Shown piece by piece: positions 16,834 through 25,180 of a stretch of DNA of 32,000 nucleotides. Numbering within the stretch: position 1 is the first letter of the stretch; each line of letters opens with the position of its first letter. Origin of the DNA: Pyrodictium occultum (lineage in GTDB: Archaea; Thermoproteota; Thermoprotei_A; Sulfolobales; Pyrodictiaceae); assembly GCF_001462395.1 (NCBI RefSeq), contig NZ_LNTB01000001.1:570001-602000 (forward strand), read 5' to 3'. Both the position numbers and the translations under genes were made by a program. The notes under the pieces were generated by a model, which was given only the letters and a program-made list of their open reading frames with translations, searched no databases and was not told where the DNA came from.

Positions 16834-18168
16834 ATGCGGCAATCAGGGAAGGGATGCCCGGGAGCCGCCGCAGCCTGCGGGGAGCCTCCAGCAAGGCCCC
16901 GTTCAGCCCCGGCAGCGGCCATGGCCGCCCTTGACCGACAGCTCCCCGAGCCCTTGTCACAGCGCCTGGAGGTGAAGCTCGAGGCCCGTAGGCTGGAGGA
17001 GCCACAGCTCCGGCAGATAGAGGTGGCTGTGCAGGAGACCGGGGTGGATCCTCTAGAGGCCCTCTTCGGCACGCCCAGGCTGAGGGTGTACAGTGAAAGG
17101 CCCTTCCTCATCCTGGCCCGTAAGCCGCGGGACCCCCGCTACGATTACATAGAGCTGCTGAAGCGCGTTCTACGGGAGGTCTATCGGGTCTCCTGGAGGG
17201 CGCCCCTCTACTCCCAGCACATAGCCCGTCGGCTGACGGAGTACCAGCTCGCTATGATGCGCGCCGGGATGACTATATACGTGCTCGATCTGGATGAGCT
17301 AGGCGTCGAGGAGGGCAGCGTTGATAAGATAACTGCAAGCTCCCATCTCGCTAGGAGCCTCGAGGACCGTGTCAGAGAGGCCTACGCGCAGGGATTCGGC
17401 TTCCTCGTGGTCTATGCCTCCCAGCCGGCGCTCAAGGCTATTGAGAGGATCTGGGAGCCCAGGATAGGCAGCAGAGGCATGCTCTACACGAGGCTCCCGC
17501 CGCCCCTGGAGACAAGCATAGTAGAGGACGATACAGTGTTCGAGATGGTAGCGGCTATGTATGGGCTCAGCAGCGACGACCTGGGAGAAGCCTCAAGCCT
17601 TGTGGACGCTGTCATGATGGCCGAGCACCGTTACTACAGCTACTTAGAGTCTATGGCCAGCGACCCCACGCTCGCACTCCTAGCCAGGCCCGCGGGGGAC
17701 GAGGAGGAGGCCAGGCCCGAGGAGGGCTTCATGCACTACGCCTTCAAGATGGCTGTGCTAAGCTACCTCCTCGAGGCCGGGTTCGACGAGTCGGGGCTGG
17801 CCGTCGAGGAGCGCGTAGCGAGCGCGGTAACAGTGGACATACTGGCCCGGAGGGGATGGTACAGCAAGCTAGCGGTGGAGGTTGAGACCCTCTACGGCAG
17901 CGGCAACCCGGTGGCGAGGCTCTCTTCGGTGATAAGAGACCGTCTCGCGATGGGCTACAGGGTCTGGCTGGTGGTGCCTCCCCTCCAGGCCTCGATATAC
18001 GCTCCCCACCTACGGGTGCTCGCCGGCAAGTACGCGGGCGTTGAGAACGTGGAGATCTATACGCTGGACATGTCCACCGGCAGCCTCGTGCCCCTAAAGG
18101 AGCATCTGGATAGGCTGGAGAGGCTAGCGGCGAAGCTGCCGAGAGCCGGGCTGGCGGACAAGGGTTAG
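16834..18168 (+). CDS. Hypothetical protein with C-terminal restriction-endonuclease-like (D...E-x-E) motif
   Basis: The maximal ORF starts at 16642 inside the permease gene, with an Arg/Pro/Cys-rich non-native head. Likely starts are ATG 16834 or ATG 16921. The C-terminus reads HYAFKMAVLSYLLEAG...VTVDILARRGWYSKLAVEVETLYG. No NTPase motif. Confidence 0.55.
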   Translation: MRQSGKGCPGAAAACGEPPARPRSAPAAAMAALDRQLPEPLSQRLEVKLEARRLEEPQLRQIEVAVQETGVDPLEALFGTPRLRVYSERPFLILARKPRDPRYDYIELLKRVLREVYRVSWRAPLYSQHIARRLTEYQLAMMRAGMTIYVLDLDELGVEEGSVDKITASSHLARSLEDRVREAYAQGFGFLVVYASQPALKAIERIWEPRIGSRGMLYTRLPPPLETSIVEDDTVFEMVAAMYGLSSDDLGEASSLVDAVMMAEHRYYSYLESMASDPTLALLARPAGDEEEARPEEGFMHYAFKMAVLSYLLEAGFDESGLAVEERVASAVTVDILARRGWYSKLAVEVETLYGSGNPVARLSSVIRDRLAMGYRVWLVVPPLQASIYAPHLRVLAGKYAGVENVEIYTLDMSTGSLVPLKEHLDRLERLAAKLPRAGLADKG

Positions 18169-19022
18169 CGCCGCCACACGGCAGCCGGCGGCCTAACCCC
18201 AGCCCTCTCGTATACCCACGATATTATTGTGAGCGCTATAACAACCACTATGTATGGCGTGGCCTCGGCCAGGGCTGGGTGGATACCCAGACCCTCGAGC
18301 AACGGCCTGGCAGCGTAGAGCACGCCTAGCAGGTAGGCAGCTACAGCAATCCCCAGAGGATGCCAGTAGCCCAGTATCACCGTGCCCAGGGAGAGCCAGC
18401 CCCAGCCTATGGCGCGGCCCGCGCTCCACCTGCCCCCGGAGGGCCCGGCGAGGAAGAGGGCCCCCGCGGCGCCTGCGGCCATGCCTGCCAGGAGGGCGGC
18501 GGCTACACGTAGGGCGGTGACGTTAACCCCTAGCATTCTCGCCGCCTTCTCGTCCTCGCCTAGTCCCCTCAGCGCGTAGCCCATCCACGACCTGTAGAGG
18601 AACACATGGAGAAGCACCGGGAGCGCCACCAGCACAAGAGTCAGCAAAGCGTCTCTGGACGCGCCGGAGAGCATGGGGGCCGGAGCCCCCTGGGTCGCAA
18701 CCCCCACGGCGTCCCCCAGCCCTATGCCCAGGAAGACCAGGGCCAGCCCCGTGACAGCCTGGTCAGCCTTAAGGCCTATGACGAGCAGCAGGTAGATCAC
18801 GGCCATCAGGGCCCCTGCGGCCGCAGCGGCGGCGAAGCCAGCGGCGAGAGAGCCGGTGGAGACCGCTACGTAGGCCGCCACCGCGGAGCCTAGGTAGAGC
18901 ATCCCCTCGAGCCCTAGGTTTATCAGGCCGGCGCGCTCCAGCACAAGCTCCCCAAGCGCGCCGAGGGCCAGTACGCCGGCCTCCGGAGCCCCCTGGGCCA
19001 GCAGCGCAGCTGTGTTAACCAT
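18165..19022 (-). CDS. ABC transporter permease, Bmp/nucleoside-simple sugar type (BPD_transp_2 family)
   Basis: 285-aa polytopic ORF with GELVLERAGLINLGLEGMLYLGS, the signature of YufQ/NupQ-type permeases. It overlaps the upstream permease by 8 nt. Confidence 0.85.
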   Translation of the reverse strand: MVNTAALLAQGAPEAGVLALGALGELVLERAGLINLGLEGMLYLGSAVAAYVAVSTGSLAAGFAAAAAAGALMAVIYLLLVIGLKADQAVTGLALVFLGIGLGDAVGVATQGAPAPMLSGASRDALLTLVLVALPVLLHVFLYRSWMGYALRGLGEDEKAARMLGVNVTALRVAAALLAGMAAGAAGALFLAGPSGGRWSAGRAIGWGWLSLGTVILGYWHPLGIAVAAYLLGVLYAARPLLEGLGIHPALAEATPYIVVVIALTIISWVYERAGVRPPAAVWRR

Positions 19023-20049
19023 TGCGCACCACCACCCGGTATCTGGAGAGGCTAGTGAACGCGAGCACAGAGAGCACTATTACAGCCTCAAAGACAAGCA
19101 CAAAACTGGCGGGCACGCCCTCCAGCTGGAGCGTTATGAACATGCTGTAGAGGAGCGTTGTGAGAAACCCCGCCGCTATTGTGGCGGCGGGGCGGAGCCC
19201 GGCAAGCCAGGCAACCAGTATACCCATGTAGCCGTAGCCGAGCCCCTGCTTACCCAGGCTAAGCAGCTGGTGCTGTTCGGAGACCATGTATAGGCCGCCT
19301 CCAAGTCCTGCAGCTGCGCCGGCAAGGATGGAGACGAGGAGTATAGTTCTGCCCGGGTCGACTCCATACGTCTCCGCCGCTTTCCTGGCCCTGCTCACCG
19401 AGTCGGCAGCCACGCCGAGCCTCGTGTACATGTAGAGCAGCTCGAGGACTATAGTAAACACGATGGTTATCACTACGGCTACGGGGATGCTGATCCACAT
19501 GCGCGGGGGGAGCGGCTCCGTTCTCGTGAAGGCGCCGGCTTGCCAGGGCCCCGCCACGAGGTAGTTGACAATCGCTATAGCTATGTAGTTGAGCATGAGG
19601 CTTACGAGAGTCTCGTTGGCCCCTAGGTAGACGCGGAGAACGCCGACGAGCAGGCTATAGGCAGCCCCCGCGAGGATGGCGGCGGCGAGCGCGGCTGCCA
19701 CTGCGAGCAGGGGAGGCTGGCTGGAGAGCACATAGAATAGGAGGCCGTATGCCACTACAGCGCCTAGAATCACCTGGCCCTCGGAGCCTATGGTTATGAA
19801 GCCAGCCCTGTAGGCCAGCGCGAGCCCCGCAGCCGACGCGGTTATAGGCACGAAGTAGGGGAGGGAGAAGAGCCAGAAGCGGGGCCGCGAGAGATTGATG
19901 AATATGGCCCTAGCGACTCCCGCGACGCCTACAGGGGTGAACACGCCAAGCAGCATGGATATGAGGAAGCCCAGCGCCAGGCCCGCAAGCCCGTAGAGGA
20001 CCGGGTTCCCCCTCTCACCCGGGCCCCTAGGCTCCAGCGCTATCCTCAA
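19015..20049 (-). CDS. ABC transporter permease, Bmp/nucleoside-simple sugar type (BPD_transp_2 family)
   Basis: 344-aa polytopic ORF with AGFITIGSEGQVILGAVV, the YufP/NupP-type signature. TTG is the only start upstream of TM1. Confidence 0.85.
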   Translation of the reverse strand: MRIALEPRGPGERGNPVLYGLAGLALGFLISMLLGVFTPVGVAGVARAIFINLSRPRFWLFSLPYFVPITASAAGLALAYRAGFITIGSEGQVILGAVVAYGLLFYVLSSQPPLLAVAAALAAAILAGAAYSLLVGVLRVYLGANETLVSLMLNYIAIAIVNYLVAGPWQAGAFTRTEPLPPRMWISIPVAVVITIVFTIVLELLYMYTRLGVAADSVSRARKAAETYGVDPGRTILLVSILAGAAAGLGGGLYMVSEQHQLLSLGKQGLGYGYMGILVAWLAGLRPAATIAAGFLTTLLYSMFITLQLEGVPASFVLVFEAVIVLSVLAFTSLSRYRVVVRNG

Positions 20050-20315
20050 CCTCTAGACCCTCACCCTGACGTCTGGGCAGGAAGCCCTGCATCTGGAGGC
20101 CCCAGGCCAGGTCCTCGGGCCTCAAGGGCCGCCGGCGCCCCGGGACTTAAACCCTGGGGGTGCCCAGGGCCCCTGAAGCGTCCTAGGAGCGCTGGAGCGC
20201 AGGGCGAGAAGCCCCGCCCCCGCTTCACCGTAGGGCCTCGCAGGGCCCGGCGCCCCTCTCAGCGGGGGCTAGAAGCCCTGGGGACGGTGGCCGGCCCCGG
20301 GGGTATAGCTGTTAG

Positions 20316-21833
20316 TTAGCCTATAGTCATGGCGGCTGCTATTTCGTCGACTTTGAAGGGTCTCTCGGCCAGGAGGGTGACCCGACCCCGGGAGATTACC
20401 GCTATCCGGTCGCTCATCTCCAGCAGCTCGTCGAGATCCTCCGAGATCAGCAGCACCCCAGCCCCCTCGTCGGCCGCCTCGGCCAGGAGCCTTCTAACCT
20501 TGATGGCCGCGTCCACGTCGAGGCCGCTGGTGGGGTTCATGGCTAGTATGAGAGTGGGCTTCTTAGCCAGCTCCCTCCCAACTATGAAGCGCTGCATATT
20601 GCCGCCGCTCATGCTCTCCACGGGTGCGTCGACGCTGGACACCTTGACCCTCAGCCGCTTCACTATCTCCTCGCTAGTCTCCCTGGCCCGGCGCCACTCC
20701 ACGATGGAGCCGCGATAGGGCCCGCGGGGCGAGCTGTAGAGGCCCAGCGCGGTGTTAAACACCAAGCTCCTGCCCGGCACCAGGGCCCAGCCAAGCCTCT
20801 CCTCCGGGATTACAGCTACCCCGAGCCTCCCACGGGCTCCGGGCCCGGCCCTTGTGACGTCTACACCGTTGATAAGTATCTTGCCGCGGCTGGGCCTCCG
20901 TATCCCCACGAGCGCTTCAAACAGCTCCCTCTGCCCGTTGCCCGCGACGCCGGCCACACCCAGTATCTCGCCCCGCAGTACCTCGAGGTCTACACCCCGG
21001 ACAGCCATCTCCCCGTGCTCTCCATGCACCCATAAGCCCTTAACCCGGAGCACCTGTATCCCGCTAGGCTTCCTCCTTCTAAGAGGCCCCCCTCCCGATA
21101 CACGCTCCCCGAACATGAGGCGGAGCAGTTGCTCCTCGCTAGCCTCCTCCCTCTCCAGCACCCCTACGAGCCTGCCCCTGCGCATCACCGCTATCCTGTC
21201 GGCGGCCTTCAATACCTCCCGAAGCCTGTGGGTTATCAGCACCACCGAGCGGCCCTCGGAGGCTAGGCGCCTGGTGAGCTCCAGCAGCTTCTCCGCCTCC
21301 ATGAGGGAGAGGTGGGTGGTGGGCTCATCCAGCAGGATAAGCCTCGCCTCGAGAATGAGGGCCTTCAGTATCTCAACCCTCTGCTTCTCCCCCATGGAGA
21401 GGCTCCAGACCCTGGCATCCGGGTTAACACTGATGCCATACTCGCTGCCCATACTCTTTACCAGGGAGCGTACTTCCCCGAGCCCTAGGCCCTTCCCGGC
21501 CAGGCTGGCGGCGAGCGCTATGTTCTCCGCCACGGTGAACGCGTCTATAAGCTGGGGGCTCTGGGGTACAAGCGCTATCCCGGCTCTGGCAGCCTCCCTG
21601 GGGCTCCGGAACCGCACCCTCCTACCCTGGTAGATTATATCGCCGCTCGTCGGCTCCTGGACCCCAGCTATTATGCTCACGAGCGTCGTCTTCCCGGCGC
21701 CGTTCTCTCCGAGGAGGCCCAGAACCTCCCCTGGATAGATATCCAGAGAAACATTGTCGTTAGCTACAACGCCCCCAGGGTATACCTTGGTCACGCCCTG
21801 GATCGAGAGAAGAGGCTCCCGCCTTCCACACAC
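20316..21833 (-). CDS. ABC transporter ATP-binding protein with duplicated ATPase cassettes
   Basis: 505-aa GTG-start ORF. Cassette 1 has Walker A GENGAGKTTL, signature LSMGEKQRV and Walker B LILLDEPT. Cassette 2 is degenerate, with signature MSGGNMQRF and LILAMNPTSGLD. This matches RbsA/YufO-type ATPases. Confidence 0.9.
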   Translation of the reverse strand: MCGRREPLLSIQGVTKVYPGGVVANDNVSLDIYPGEVLGLLGENGAGKTTLVSIIAGVQEPTSGDIIYQGRRVRFRSPREAARAGIALVPQSPQLIDAFTVAENIALAASLAGKGLGLGEVRSLVKSMGSEYGISVNPDARVWSLSMGEKQRVEILKALILEARLILLDEPTTHLSLMEAEKLLELTRRLASEGRSVVLITHRLREVLKAADRIAVMRRGRLVGVLEREEASEEQLLRLMFGERVSGGGPLRRRKPSGIQVLRVKGLWVHGEHGEMAVRGVDLEVLRGEILGVAGVAGNGQRELFEALVGIRRPSRGKILINGVDVTRAGPGARGRLGVAVIPEERLGWALVPGRSLVFNTALGLYSSPRGPYRGSIVEWRRARETSEEIVKRLRVKVSSVDAPVESMSGGNMQRFIVGRELAKKPTLILAMNPTSGLDVDAAIKVRRLLAEAADEGAGVLLISEDLDELLEMSDRIAVISRGRVTLLAERPFKVDEIAAAMTIG

Positions 21834-21962
21834 CCCTCACGGACCCCGCTCCGCGCTCTAGGGCGCGCTGCAAGAGCGTGGATGCAGCCCTGCGGCGCCC
21901 CCGGGAGCCATAGGCTCGGGGCAGAGGCTCCGGTGAAAAGAGAGGCTCCTCCCGCCCCAGGG

Positions 21963-22214
21963 CTAGCTACGGGTGCCGCGGGGCTTGTAGCCGATCTCCT
22001 CGAGGTAGCGCTTGAGGACCTCCACGTTCCAGCTCCACTTGCTCTTCCTGCGCTTGTCCACGTACAGCCCCAGCCTCCGGGCCTCCTCCGGGGTCAGCCC
22101 GGCCTCGGCGAGCTCCGCTAGGCTAAAGCCGCGTCCAACCCTGGTGCCAGGGTCTGCACCGCCATACCTGAGCAGCCTGGGCTTCTTTACAATAGCACGC
22201 GGCGGCTCCGGCAT
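21963..22214 (-). CDS. rpl13e: Ribosomal protein L13e
   Basis: 83-aa ORF reading [15 protein letters not shown]...[34 protein letters not shown]...NVEVLKRYL, which matches the archaeal/eukaryotic L13e pattern. Confidence 0.85.
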   Translation of the reverse strand: MPEPPRAIVKKPRLLRYGGADPGTRVGRGFSLAELAEAGLTPEEARRLGLYVDKRRKSKWSWNVEVLKRYLEEIGYKPRGTRS

Positions 22215-22275
22215 CTCCGTCGACCCCCAGGCGCCCGGCGGGTGCGGCGGGTTAAATTAAGGGTAGGCCCGTGGC

Positions 22276-22740
22276 CTAGCCGCTGGTCAGGGGGGAGGTG
22301 AAATCCTCCTTTATAGCCCGGAGCGCGAGGCTAGTGACGCTCCTCCTTATGTAGGGGAGCTTGTTCACCTTCTTCACAAAGCTGTCGAGGTCGTTGACGC
22401 TGCGGAACTTAGCTATCACGGCAAGGTCGTAGTCGCCGGTTATGTCGTAGACCGCTATCACCCTAGGGTCCTTGGCTATGTACTCGCCGGCGTCGAGTAT
22501 CTTCCCTCCCTCCACCTGGAAGAGTATTACAGCGGTGACACTGTAGCCTAGTGCCTCGTAGTCAGGCAGCACAGTAAACCTCTTTATCACGCCGTTCTCC
22601 ACGAGCTTGTGTAGCCTGGCGTGTATCGTAGAGCCTGCCATTCCAAGCTCCCTGGCCAGCTCCCTTATGCTCCGCCTCGAGTCCCTAGCCAGGAGCTTTA
22701 CCAGCTTAACATCAATCTCATCAAGCTGGGCTCCCTGCAA
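22276..22740 (-). CDS. Lrp/AsnC family transcriptional regulator
   Basis: 154-aa ORF with HTH block LDEIDVKLVKLLARDSRRSIRELARELGMAGSTIHARLHKLVENGVIKRFT, followed by a RAM/ACT-like domain (ITGDYDLAVIAKF). Confidence 0.9.
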   Translation of the reverse strand: MQGAQLDEIDVKLVKLLARDSRRSIRELARELGMAGSTIHARLHKLVENGVIKRFTVLPDYEALGYSVTAVILFQVEGGKILDAGEYIAKDPRVIAVYDITGDYDLAVIAKFRSVNDLDSFVKKVNKLPYIRRSVTSLALRAIKEDFTSPLTSG

Positions 22741-22894
22741 AGTAGGCTAAGCACCCCGCTACGCTGCTGGCCCGCACGCCAGCAATGCTGCCGGCATAAG
22801 CAGGGTATAATGCTGCTGGCCTGGGCCCTAGGGGAAGCATCTATAGGCTCCCCTTAGGCCGCGGTGGGTAGCCGGTGGAGGGGTCACCCAGAAG

Positions 22895-23185
22895 TTGGCG
22901 GGACTCCGGCGCCTAGTGCTCGACGTTCTAAAGCCCCTCAAAGACCCTTCCATAGTTGACGTTGCGCTCGAGCTCAGCAGGGTTGACGGCGTAGAGGGGG
23001 TTAACATAACCGTTAATGAGGTTGACGTTGAGACCCTCAGCCTCACAGTAGTGGTTGAGGGGGACAACATAGACTTCGAGAAGGTCAGGATGATACTCGA
23101 GGAGGTTGGAGCGGCGATACACAGCATCGACCAGGTAGTTGCGGGCGAGAGGCTGGTTGAGATACCTAGAAAGCCCAGGGAGTAG
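22895..23185 (+). CDS. DUF211-family small conserved archaeal protein
   Basis: 96-aa TTG-start ORF reading RRLVLDVLKPLKDPSIVDVALELSRVDGVEGVNITVNEVDVETLSLTVVVEGDNIDFEKV...AIHSIDQV, which fits my recollection of the DUF211 pattern. Confidence 0.7.
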   Translation: MAGLRRLVLDVLKPLKDPSIVDVALELSRVDGVEGVNITVNEVDVETLSLTVVVEGDNIDFEKVRMILEEVGAAIHSIDQVVAGERLVEIPRKPRE

Positions 23186-23232
23186 CCCTAGCTGCGGGGA
23201 CGCTTGGCGAGAGGCCTGGGGGAGGAGTCGCG

Positions 23233-23574
23233 TTGCCGGGCGAGGAGGGCTATATAACCATAGACGAGTTCTCCCGGGTAGACCTCAGGGTTGGCAAGGT
23301 GGTAGAGGCGGAGAGGATACCCGGCACCAGGCTCCTAAAGCTGATAGTGGACCTCGGCAGCGAGAAGAGGCAAATAGTCTCCGGCATAGCCGAGTATTAC
23401 AAGCCCGAGGACCTCCTAGGCAAGAAGGTTGTAGTGGTGGTTAACCTGAAGCCCAAGAAGATACGCGGCTATCTCAGTGAGGGGATGATACTCGCAGCCG
23501 GCTGTGACAAGGGCCAGAGACCCGTACTGGTGACGGTGGGCGACGAGGCCGAGCCCGGCTGGCGCGTCTGCTAG
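23233..23574 (+). CDS. tRNA-binding OB-fold protein (Trbp111/CsaA; MetRS beta-subunit-like)
   Basis: 113-aa ORF with FSRVDLRVGKVVEAERIPGTRLLKLIVDLG...QIVSGIAEYYKPEDLLGKKVVVVVNLKPKKIRGYLSEGMILAA, the canonical tRNA_bind domain. Confidence 0.85.
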   Translation: MPGEEGYITIDEFSRVDLRVGKVVEAERIPGTRLLKLIVDLGSEKRQIVSGIAEYYKPEDLLGKKVVVVVNLKPKKIRGYLSEGMILAAGCDKGQRPVLVTVGDEAEPGWRVC

Positions 23575-23611
23575 GCCCGTCGCCGAGCAGGAACCGGGGA
23601 AGGGGAGCCCC

Positions 23612-24733
23612 GTGGAGATATGCCTCATAGGCTACGGCCGCGTGGGAGCTGTAACGGCTCAGCTGCTAGCCCAGGAGTACGGCCTCGACCCCATGGTATT
23701 TGACTCCTCGGGCCACCGGGTGGAGGAGGCGAAGCGCCGGGGGCTCCGTGCCAGCCTAGTAGACGCCTCGAACCCCGCCTTTGCCTCCAGGATAGCCGCG
23801 GAGTGCAGCATAGCTGCAGTTGCCCTGCCCAGCAGGGCAGCGGCCAGAGTGGTGAGAAGCCTGGTAGACGCCGGGGCAGAGGCGGTAGTAGACGTCTCAT
23901 ACGTGCCGGATCCTCTCGCCTTCCACCAGCCCGCCATAGAGCACGGCTCCCGCGTATTCGTGGACGCCGGCCTAGCCCCAGGGCTCTCCAACATGCTGGC
24001 CGTGCGTGCGGCAGGCAAGCTGGACAAGGTCAACAGGGTTACGATATACGTTGGAGGCCTCTCCGCCGAGAGCACCGGCCCCCTCGGGCTCGTGGCGTCA
24101 TGGAGCATTGACGACCTCATAGAGGAGTATACGAGGAAGGCTAGGGCCAGGATAGCGGGCGAAGAGAAGCTCCTTGACCCAATCTGGGACGCCACCCGTG
24201 TCGAGCTACCCGGTCTCGGGGTGTTCGACGCTATGCCTACAGACGGGCTACGCACCCTCCTACGGAGCCTCAGCAGCGTGCCAAACCTGGTGGAGTATAC
24301 CCTCCGGTACCCGGGCCACGTGGACCTCCTGCGCAGCCTCCGTAGCCTAGGCATGCTCGACGACAAGCCCCACGTCGCCTCCGGCTGCGCAGCCTCGCCA
24401 CGGAAGATGCTGGTCAAGCTCCTCGAGGAGAGGCTGCCCAGGAGCGGCGACCGGGTAATACTCTACGTTGAGGCCGAGGGCGAGAAGGGGGATAGCTGGG
24501 CCACAATATCCTACCTTATAGATGTTAGGCAGGAGGAGCTAGGCATAGAGACGCCTGTACTAACCTTCATGACGGGGCATGTCCATGCCTGGAGTGTGGC
24601 CCAGGCGGCCCGGGGCTACGGCCACCCCGGCGTCAATGCACCCGAGGAGCTGGCCCCCAGGCTCCCCGACCTAGAGGCAAGGCTCGAGAGGAGAGGTATC
24701 CGTCTGCACGGGAGGAGCTGCTACGAGCACTGA
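23612..24733 (+). CDS. Saccharopine dehydrogenase-like NAD(P)-dependent oxidoreductase
   Basis: 373-aa GTG-start ORF with Rossmann N-terminus ICLIGYGRVGAVTAQLL and C-terminal-domain blocks DAMPTDGLRTLL and EYTLRYPGH, typical of the Sacchrp_dh family. Confidence 0.75.
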   Translation: MEICLIGYGRVGAVTAQLLAQEYGLDPMVFDSSGHRVEEAKRRGLRASLVDASNPAFASRIAAECSIAAVALPSRAAARVVRSLVDAGAEAVVDVSYVPDPLAFHQPAIEHGSRVFVDAGLAPGLSNMLAVRAAGKLDKVNRVTIYVGGLSAESTGPLGLVASWSIDDLIEEYTRKARARIAGEEKLLDPIWDATRVELPGLGVFDAMPTDGLRTLLRSLSSVPNLVEYTLRYPGHVDLLRSLRSLGMLDDKPHVASGCAASPRKMLVKLLEERLPRSGDRVILYVEAEGEKGDSWATISYLIDVRQEELGIETPVLTFMTGHVHAWSVAQAARGYGHPGVNAPEELAPRLPDLEARLERRGIRLHGRSCYEH

Positions 24734-25180
24734 ACCCCCCGGGCGCCCCGGGCTAGAGAAAAGGGGCCCCGGCGCCCGGGGCCACGGTAACTCCCCGGGG
24801 GCCGTGAAGACTGGTATTACCGGTGACCCGGCTACTGGGGGATGAACGGGCCCATCCGCTCCGGAGCCCGCCCTCTCCTCTGGAGCCATGCCGGTGATGA
24901 GGAGCTGGCGAGCGGAGCCCCTGGGTAGGGCTGTGCCGAGGACCAGGTGGGGGTACTGAGGCCTCCAGGGAGGGCGTTAGGGGATCCGGGCTGCCGAGGC
25001 CTGGCCGTGCATAGCGCTTGCGGGCACAGCATGCCACAGTCACGGGTATGCAGAGTAATGTAGCGAGTGTTGGGGGCCGGGAGACGAGAGGAAGGTAGGG
25101 CAGTGAAGGCGGCAGGTCAATCTGTGCACAGGCGTTGATGAAGGGATAGAGTTAAGTAGAGTAGTGTAGTTTGTTGATTT

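Noticed and set aside
20752-21633. 293-aa ORF antisense to the ABC ATPase gene. Similar long antisense or out-of-frame ORFs occur at 23659-24417, 2223-2846, 4934-5311, 5429-5896, 7728-8204, 8429-9013 and 11675-12142.
   Set aside because: These ORFs are dominated by Ser/Pro/Arg/Ala/Thr low-complexity sequence. They lie entirely inside genes with clear conserved motifs on the other strand or frame. Stop codons are scarce in GC-rich DNA, so such shadow ORFs are expected.
24734-25180. Possible SRP RNA or RNase P RNA in the long spacer. Strings such as GGGTAGGGCTG and GAGGAAGGTAGGGCAGTGAAGG vaguely recall RNase P conserved regions.
   Set aside because: The order of the look-alike blocks is wrong for RNase P. 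The universally conserved GAGGAAAGUCC and the SRP helix-8 motifs are absent on both strands. I kept this only as an unexplained spacer.
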